Source: a virus (taxonomy: Duplodnaviria; Heunggongvirae; Uroviricota; Caudoviricetes). From it: a stretch of 4,891 bases of DNA. The stretch lies in the IMG/VR virus record IMGVR_UViG_2695420822_000017; one strand, written 5' to 3'. The translations under genes were made by a program, and so were the position numbers. Under the pieces are notes generated by a model, which searched no databases, was not told where the DNA came from, and worked only from the letters and a program-made list of their open reading frames with translations. Shown in pieces: positions 1 through 4,891 of the stretch (its first letter is position 1; each line of letters opens with the position of its first letter).

Positions 1-31
1 TACACTAAATCAGTAAGTTGGCAGCATCACC
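1..31 (-). mobile_element. IS1 terminal fragment (left inverted-repeat end); body of the element lies beyond the window start
   Basis: Positions 1-31 (TACACTAAATCAGTAAGTTGGCAGCATCACC) are the reverse complement of the IS1 left end as I recall it (GGTGATGCTGCCAACTTACTGATTTAGTGTA). The outermost IS1 base maps to position 31, so the element runs leftward out of the window. Composition changes immediately after position 31. Recalled from memory, not searched. Confidence 0.6.
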
Positions 32-568
32 AGCCTTCTTGAGGCTACCACCTGTTTTCAGGTGTCATTCAGACGTGATTTGCCCCAGATTGGGAAAGCA
101 CGCTTTTTTCTCAGCTATCGTCCTCTTATTTTGCCGTTACATTTCTTTTTGCACTCTAATGATTAATTTACAATAATAATATCGGTAATTATTGAGTAAT
201 AATAAATTGATTATTGCAAATGTAATTTAATTCCATCTTCGCGTTATATTCCAATCTTTAATCTCCGCATGGAACAAGTTGCATGCGTGACTATATTAAG
301 ACAACTTATAACCACCAAAACATTTGCTTTGCAAGCAAAAACAGTGACCATTGACTCTAAGAAAATTCCGATCTATTGTTAGGGTCATCAAAGTTACTTA
401 ACAGTATTCCGAAATGAAAATACAAAGCAAGCTAATTGTCTTATTAAACATTATTATTGCATTTATATTATTTGAGCTTTTAGCTCAAAAATTTGGTTTG
501 AGTACATTATTTTAAAGCAAGATAAACAATATCGGGCACTCTAGTTTTTATAATTAACAATTAAACGT

Positions 569-589
569 NNNNNNNNNNNNNNNNNNNNN
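569..589. other. assembly gap (21 N)
   Basis: A run of 21 N is present in the sequence. True length and content are unknown; any feature spanning it is unresolved. Confidence 0.99.
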
Positions 590-690
590 AAACGTCCATA
601 AAATGTTATTTACTTTTCTTCGCTATTGTCATATCTTAATATAGTGGCTTACGCCACTCTACTTTCATCACATTTTGTACGTTTATGTAC

Positions 691-724
691 TCGCCATGAA
701 GCTCTTTCATGGCGATTTTTTATT
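691..724 (+). terminator. rho-independent terminator, plus-strand orientation
   Basis: Perfect 9-bp stem CGCCATGAA (692-700) / TTCATGGCG (706-714) with a 5-nt loop GCTCT, followed by A then TTTTTT (716-721). On the minus strand the hairpin is not followed by a U-tract, so it is oriented to stop transcripts travelling left to right toward tfa and stf. Confidence 0.55.
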
Positions 725-807
725 CTTAATCCAAGAACATACTCCCTACCTATAGCAAAATCACTTTTTTAACAAAAGAATAACGTATTTAGGTAATCAT
801 TACGAAT

Positions 808-1260
808 TTACCCTATAGGTGCTACTGGCCATTCAATATCCGGTGCAGTTGATGTATCAACACGGTTCAGCAACACCCGATACTTTTTCCAGGCTTCCAG
901 CAACAAGGTTTCTTTCTCCGTTGCGATCTCCAGATCCACAGCATCCTGAAGCGGCGCTATATGCTCACTGGCTACCTGCATCAGGCTGTTTTTTGTTTCT
1001 TCCGCCTCCCGGATCCGGAACAGTTTTTCTGCTTCCGTATCCTTCACCCAGGCTGTGCCGTTCCACTTCTGAAACTCCCCTTCCGGGGATAACCAGGTGA
1101 CATTTTCCGGTAATGAGCCGAGTTCAGAAATAAATAACGCGTCGCCGGAAGCCACGTCATAAACCGTTTTACCCCGATGATCTTCAACGAGATGCCACGA
1201 TGTTTGCAGGCAGACCTGTATGAGGCGGAATATATGCGTCACCTTCACCAATAAATTCAT
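808..1260 (-). CDS. tfa: tail fibre assembly protein (Tfa-like), C-terminal reading frame; gene appears frame-disrupted
   Basis: The 150-aa ORF carries [28 protein letters not shown]...[23 protein letters not shown]...[26 protein letters not shown], which matches lambda Tfa as I recall it. Its first ~20 residues ([20 protein letters not shown]) are an out-of-frame reading of the Tfa N-terminal region, so the annotated ATG at 1260 is probably not the native start. It sits directly downstream of stf, as in lambda. Confidence 0.8.
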   Translation of the reverse strand: MNLLVKVTHIFRLIQVCLQTSWHLVEDHRGKTVYDVASGDALFISELGSLPENVTWLSPEGEFQKWNGTAWVKDTEAEKLFRIREAEETKNSLMQVASEHIAPLQDAVDLEIATEKETLLLEAWKKYRVLLNRVDTSTAPDIEWPVAPIG

Positions 1261-1312
1261 TAGTTCCGGCCAGCAGGTTATAAATTTTTATGGTCCGTGC
1301 TTGTTCACTCAT
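1184..1312 (-). pseudogene. tfa: Tfa N-terminal fragment in a different frame (native tfa start, prematurely terminated)
   Basis: ATG at 1312-1310 lies 11 nt downstream of the stf stop. Translation gives [37 protein letters not shown], matching the lambda Tfa N-terminus from memory, then IVASR and a TGA at 1186-1184. The conserved Tfa sequence resumes in the +1 frame from about position 1200. Confidence 0.6.
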
Positions 1313-1323
1313 TCTGAATGCCA

Positions 1324-4300
1324 TTATGCGAGCCTCACAATATAGTTAAATGCGATGTTTTTGACGGTGTTTTCCGCGTTACCAGCAGCGTTAACGGTGA
1401 TGGTGTGTCCATGTGAACCAATCGCAACAGAGTGCGTATGAGCACCAATACCGACAGTATGCGCGTGTGCACCCGCAGATGCTGCTGTGCCGGACAGTGA
1501 GTGTGTATGGTTTCCTTCTGAAGATGATTTACCTACCCATTGGGAGGTGCCACTGGTTAATGAGCCACTGATACCAACCTGATTAGTCCCGCTAACTTGA
1601 GTACTCCCTGCCGGAAACATTCCAGTAGGTTGACTCCCGCTATTCGTTCTGGGCCCAGTCTGACTATGTTGGTGGGCCCCAGCTGAACTTGTAGAGCCGC
1701 TCAGACTGTGCGTATGCGCCCCGGTGTTATTCGTGGATTTAGTGCCGTAATCAAACGACGATGTGGTTTTCGTCCCCAAATCCGTACTGGATGCGCTGGC
1801 GCTGTGGGTGTGCGATTTAATGCCATCCTGTTCCTGAGACAATACGGCACGACCACTGGCGGGCTTGCCCTTAATCGTCCAGCCACGCATATCAGGGATC
1901 ACGCCTGACGGATAAGCGGCTGCAAGTTTCGGGTAAGCAGATTTGTCAAAAGTCTGCCCCTGCATCAGGGCATAACCAGACGGAACGGTATCTGATGGCC
2001 ACGGGATTGGTGCACCGACTGGATAAAACTCTGCAGGAGGATGAGCCGAGGTGTAAAGCTGCGCCCACGGCGACCAGTTTGCGTCGGTCGTATCCCGTCG
2101 TGAACGAATAAATGCCGGAGCATGAGCACCGCTTGTACCACTCCAGCCGATGAGTAACTCACCTTCGCCAACGGCTGTCATCCCTTTCAGGTGAATGATA
2201 TTTCCATACGCTGTTGGATATCCGTTGTTATACACCTCGTATAACTCAAGACCTGCTGCCCCCTGCGTATTGTCTGTCAGCGCGGCTACCCGACCTTTTG
2301 AAGCCAGATTAACTGATGATACTGCTGTTCCACCTGACGGTAGCGCCCCGATCTCTGATGCCGTTGGCTTATTTCTGGAGTTATAGTCCCTTCGCCAGCC
2401 AGGTGAATAATCTGTTCCGTGATTAATATAGGTAAACTGGGCGTTGGTTGTTCCGCCACCGCTGGATGTGGTCGGAGTGGTAATGCGGATCGTCATCGCT
2501 GACTTTATCCCCATTACTTCAATGACAGCTCCGGCGAGATGAATATTACCGCAGCCAGTATCAGTAATGATTTTATTATTGCCATAAGACCAGGAACCCT
2601 TGCACATCCAGTATGGATGGTTAAATGCTCCCTGAGAATCCAGCCACTCGATAAACTGTGCAGTCGTCCAGTTTCCTGTTGTTGTGCTTACTGACCCACC
2701 GAAGGCACGGCAGGCACCAATATTTTTCGTAAAGGTGTCTTTGCCAGGGATATCCGCACCGTTCTGATCTTTCTGCAGACGTTTCTCAGCATTGTCATTG
2801 GCTGCTTTTACTGCCTTTGGCGTTGCCGCCAGCGTTTCAGACGTGCTGTTGGTCGCGCTGCTTAGCTGGATTATCCCTTTCTGTGCTGTCGTTGCATCCT
2901 GTGCGGTGTATTTCCCGTTAGCCAGGTCATACGCGGCCTTAACGGCTTTTGGTGTTGCCGCCAGTGACTCGGAAGTGCTGTTAGTCGCACTACTGAGCTG
3001 TACTATCCCCTTTTTCGTCGTGCTCGCATCCTCCAGCGCCACGGCGGATGCAATATCCTCTGCCCGTTTTGCCGCTGTCTCAGCGCGCGTTGCTGCAGAT
3101 TCCGCCGTACTTTTGCTCTGAGCTGCTGCCGTCGCACTACCAGCAGCCTCTGTCGCCTTCGTGGATGCCGTCGTGGCGCTGCCCTTCGCTGCTGACGCCT
3201 GTCTGGTCGCCTCATCTTTTGAAGCAGACGCCGATGATGCCGATGACGCCGCCGAACTGGCGGACGATGCGGCAGCCGTTTTTGAGGATTCTGCACGGGT
3301 TTCCGACGCTTTCGCGTTCGTTTCGGATGTCTTCGCTGCGGAAGCTGACCTCGCTGCTGCCGTGGCCTGCTCAGTGGCTTCGCCAGCCTTCGTTGTGGCT
3401 GTTGAAGCGGATGATGCGGCGCTTTCTGCCGATTTTCCGGCGGCGGTGGCACTGGCTGAGGCCTGCCCGGCACTTGTTGACGCGGCACTGGCAGATAATG
3501 CAGCCGCTGTTTTTGAACCTGCCGCAGCTGAGGCGCTCTGTCCCGCTGCTGTTTCAGAAGACTTAGCGTTCGTCTCGGACGTTTTTGCCGCCTTCGCGGA
3601 ATTTCCTGCCGCCGTTGCCGAGGAAGCTGCACTACTGGCACTTGATGATGCATTCGTTTCTGAAGATTTCGCTGCCTCTTTTGAGGCCGCCGCACCCCGT
3701 GCCGAGGTGGCAGCTTCTGACGCCTTCGTGGTCGCTGTGGATGCAGAAGTGGCTGCCGATTTTTGTGATGCTGCGGCATTCGTTTCTGACGTTTTCGCGG
3801 CACTGGCGCTGGTAGCTGCCGCGCTTTTTGATGACTCTGCAGCAGCACTTTTTGCTGCTTCACGGGCCTTTGTCGATGCCGTTCCTGCGCTGGAAGACGC
3901 TGACTGAGCCGACGACGCGGCCTGTCCGGCTGACGTGCTGGCGGCACGTGCTGAGGCTGCAGCATCGGTTGCATGAGTTGCCGCCTCGCTGGCTGATTTT
4001 TTCGCGGCTGCCGTATTCTGTGCAACCGCGGAGGCGTTACGTGACACCTCTTCCACCATCTGCTCAAAGCGGCGCAGTGCCTCCGGTCGGACATCATCCT
4101 CCGTCATGGCACCGAGAAAATCATTCAGCGTACCTGGTCTGGAACCTTCATAGACGGTAATGGTCCCGGCATGTGAAGGCGGAAAACCTTCAACCAGCAG
4201 GGTGACGCTGTACTGACCATGCTCAACATCCATGCTGTAACGTCCGGCTTCATCCGGATTTTCAGAGGCCACCGTGTTCACCACCATCGTGCTGCTGGTT

Positions 4301-4383
4301 CGTCTGGCCTTCAGCACAATGGTGCAGTTCTGTACTGGTTTTCCTGTGCCATCTTTAAGCACGCCAGAAATTTTTACTGTCAT
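1324..4383 (-). CDS. stf: lambdoid side tail fibre protein (Stf-like), 1019 aa
   Basis: Uninterrupted 3060-nt ORF. N-terminus [22 protein letters not shown]...[14 protein letters not shown]...[13 protein letters not shown] and C-terminus ...[49 protein letters not shown] match lambda Stf as I recall it. A long Ala/Ser/Thr-rich shaft (~3064-4026), two tandem fibre repeats and seven HxH motifs near the C-terminus are present. A GGTGGA Shine-Dalgarno-like sequence lies about 5 nt upstream of the ATG. Confidence 0.95.
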   Translation of the reverse strand: MTVKISGVLKDGTGKPVQNCTIVLKARRTSSTMVVNTVASENPDEAGRYSMDVEHGQYSVTLLVEGFPPSHAGTITVYEGSRPGTLNDFLGAMTEDDVRPEALRRFEQMVEEVSRNASAVAQNTAAAKKSASEAATHATDAAASARAASTSAGQAASSAQSASSSAGTASTKAREAAKSAAAESSKSAAATSASAAKTSETNAAASQKSAATSASTATTKASEAATSARGAAASKEAAKSSETNASSSASSAASSATAAGNSAKAAKTSETNAKSSETAAGQSASAAAGSKTAAALSASAASTSAGQASASATAAGKSAESAASSASTATTKAGEATEQATAAARSASAAKTSETNAKASETRAESSKTAAASSASSAASSASSASASKDEATRQASAAKGSATTASTKATEAAGSATAAAQSKSTAESAATRAETAAKRAEDIASAVALEDASTTKKGIVQLSSATNSTSESLAATPKAVKAAYDLANGKYTAQDATTAQKGIIQLSSATNSTSETLAATPKAVKAANDNAEKRLQKDQNGADIPGKDTFTKNIGACRAFGGSVSTTTGNWTTAQFIEWLDSQGAFNHPYWMCKGSWSYGNNKIITDTGCGNIHLAGAVIEVMGIKSAMTIRITTPTTSSGGGTTNAQFTYINHGTDYSPGWRRDYNSRNKPTASEIGALPSGGTAVSSVNLASKGRVAALTDNTQGAAGLELYEVYNNGYPTAYGNIIHLKGMTAVGEGELLIGWSGTSGAHAPAFIRSRRDTTDANWSPWAQLYTSAHPPAEFYPVGAPIPWPSDTVPSGYALMQGQTFDKSAYPKLAAAYPSGVIPDMRGWTIKGKPASGRAVLSQEQDGIKSHTHSASASSTDLGTKTTSSFDYGTKSTNNTGAHTHSLSGSTSSAGAHQHSQTGPRTNSGSQPTGMFPAGSTQVSGTNQVGISGSLTSGTSQWVGKSSSEGNHTHSLSGTAASAGAHAHTVGIGAHTHSVAIGSHGHTITVNAAGNAENTVKNIAFNYIVRLA
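2767..3012 (-). repeat. tandem ~132-bp direct repeat inside stf encoding two phage tail-fibre repeat units
   Basis: The protein has [27 protein letters not shown]... (codons 458-501, coordinates 2881-3012) immediately followed by [27 protein letters not shown]... (from codon 502, coordinate 2880 downward). The same periodicity shows in the antisense frame ([22 protein letters not shown] / [22 protein letters not shown]). Confidence 0.75.
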
Positions 4384-4395
4384 ACTTTTCCACCA

Positions 4396-4430
4396 ATAAA
4401 AAAAGCCCGCAGCAGTGACGCCACGGGCTT
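4396..4430 (-). terminator. rho-independent terminator between lom and stf, minus-strand orientation
   Basis: On the minus strand: AAGCCCG (4430-4424), a 14-nt loop, CGGGCTT (4409-4403), then a T-run (plus-strand A7 at 4398-4404). It lies about 100 nt downstream of the lom stop and ends about 12 nt before the stf start codon. The loop is larger than ideal. Confidence 0.5.
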
Positions 4431-4534
4431 CAGGACAGTGTAACTTTACGTTTCCTCAAACGCAGTTCACCCCATAAGGTGGATGAACCTGCGTATCATA
4501 ACAATATTTACAGAAGATAAATCGGCGTCTGTTG

Positions 4535-4891
4535 TCAGATACGGTATCCGATACCAACAATAAATGCATCCGTTCGCCAGTCACCACTACCGGAACCTTC
4601 ATAAGCAAGGTCAATGGTCACGGATTCGGTCGGGTTAAACTGCACGCCAGCCCCCCACGCCAGAGACGTGTTGCTGTGGCGACCGTCATCACTTCCGGTC
4701 AGCACATCGTGCGTTTTCCCCTTGTTGTCAGTTACGCGGAGATAATCCCCGGAGAAAGTCGACACACGGCTGTAAGCCACACCCACCATCGCATACGCGC
4801 TGAACCATTCATTCACGCGTACAGACGGCCCCGCCATCACGCTGAACCAGCGGTTACGCACGGAATCTTCATGCCAGCGGGTATCGCTGTA
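4535..4891 (-). CDS. lom: Lom/Ail-family outer membrane beta-barrel protein, 3' portion (5' end outside window)
   Basis: Translation reads ...YSDTRWHEDSVRNRWFSVMAGPSVRVNEWFSAYAMVGVAYSRVSTFSGDYLRVTDNKGKTHDVLTGSDDGRHSNTSLAWGAGVQFNPTESVTIDLAYEGSGSGDWRTDAFIVGIGYRI*, which matches the C-terminal half of lambda Lom from memory. The reading frame is open to the window edge; the listed ORF start at 4861 is an internal Met. Stop codon is at 4535-4537. Gene order lom-stf-tfa is as in lambda. Confidence 0.9.
   Translation of the reverse strand, partial: YSDTRWHEDSVRNRWFSVMAGPSVRVNEWFSAYAMVGVAYSRVSTFSGDYLRVTDNKGKTHDVLTGSDDGRHSNTSLAWGAGVQFNPTESVTIDLAYEGSGSGDWRTDAFIVGIGYRI

Noticed and set aside
14-27. 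TAAGTTGGCA, which resembles part of the lambda attP core/P' junction (ACTAAGTTGGCA)
   Set aside because: The match is only about 10 nt and lies inside the IS1 terminal repeat. The orientation is also not what is expected for an attR at the end of a minus-strand prophage; treated as coincidence.
49-64. Small hairpin CACCTG-TTTT-CAGGTG just inside the IS1 junction
   Set aside because: The 6-bp stem has no adjacent U-tract on either strand and no conservation can be assessed; insufficient to call a terminator or binding site.
32-807. Possibility of an MxiE-box or effector-type cargo gene, as often found downstream of prophage tail-fibre genes in Shigella/EHEC
   Set aside because: I found no match to the MxiE-box consensus as I recall it (GTATCGTTTTTTTANAG) and no ORF of meaningful length; only speculation is possible without the flanking sequence.
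819-1100. 93-aa plus-strand ORF antisense to tfa
   Set aside because: It fully overlaps the Tfa-homologous frame on the opposite strand and has Pro/Ser/Leu-rich low-complexity composition with no recognisable motif; likely a chance antisense ORF.
1701-2386. Short ORFs (61-68 aa) in alternative frames within the stf C-terminal half
   Set aside because: They are embedded in the intact stf ORF with no independent support and are typical of GC-rich coding DNA.
3003-4097. 364-aa Arg/Pro/Gln-rich ORF on the minus strand and the 248-aa (3161..3907), 172-aa, 110-aa and 76-aa plus-strand ORFs overlapping stf
   Set aside because: All lie within the GC-rich Ala/Ser/Thr-repeat part of stf. Their low-complexity compositions (poly-R/P/Q, or A/D/F/V) are what off-frame and antisense readings of GCN-rich codons produce. 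The stf frame is the one with recognisable phage tail-fibre sequence.
4219-4443. 74-aa plus-strand ORF antisense to the stf N-terminus and spanning the terminator
   Set aside because: It overlaps the strongly conserved stf N-terminal coding region and the lom-stf terminator, with no ribosome-binding site or recognisable domain; likely spurious.
4536-4556. Palindrome GGTATCGGATACC at the 3' end of lom
   Set aside because: It lies within the coding sequence (codons for VGIGYRI) with no flanking U-tract; most simply explained by codon content.
1-4891. CRISPR arrays, tRNA/rRNA genes, or a multi-gene defence system
   Set aside because: No regularly spaced direct repeats, no tRNA-like cloverleaf candidates in the GC-poor non-coding DNA, and all large ORFs are accounted for by lom, stf and tfa.

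Overview
This window is the distal tail-fibre end of a lambda-like (lambdoid) prophage, with all phage genes on the minus strand. Reading right to left: the 3' part of a lom-like outer-membrane protein gene (4535..4891, continues past the window edge), a minus-strand intrinsic terminator (4396..4430), an intact 1019-aa side tail fibre gene stf (1324..4383), and a tail-fibre assembly gene tfa (808..1312) that is split across two reading frames. Left of tfa lies about 780 bp of AT-rich DNA with no ORF of 60 aa or more, interrupted by a 21-N assembly gap (569..589) and holding a strong plus-strand terminator hairpin (691..724). The first 31 nt of the window match, from memory, the reverse complement of the IS1 left end. 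I see no CRISPR array, tRNA or rRNA, and no convincing evidence of a novel multi-gene system. The least explained parts are the AT-rich stretch and the disrupted tfa. All homology statements rest on my recollection of lambda Stf, Tfa and Lom and of the IS1 terminus, not on any search.
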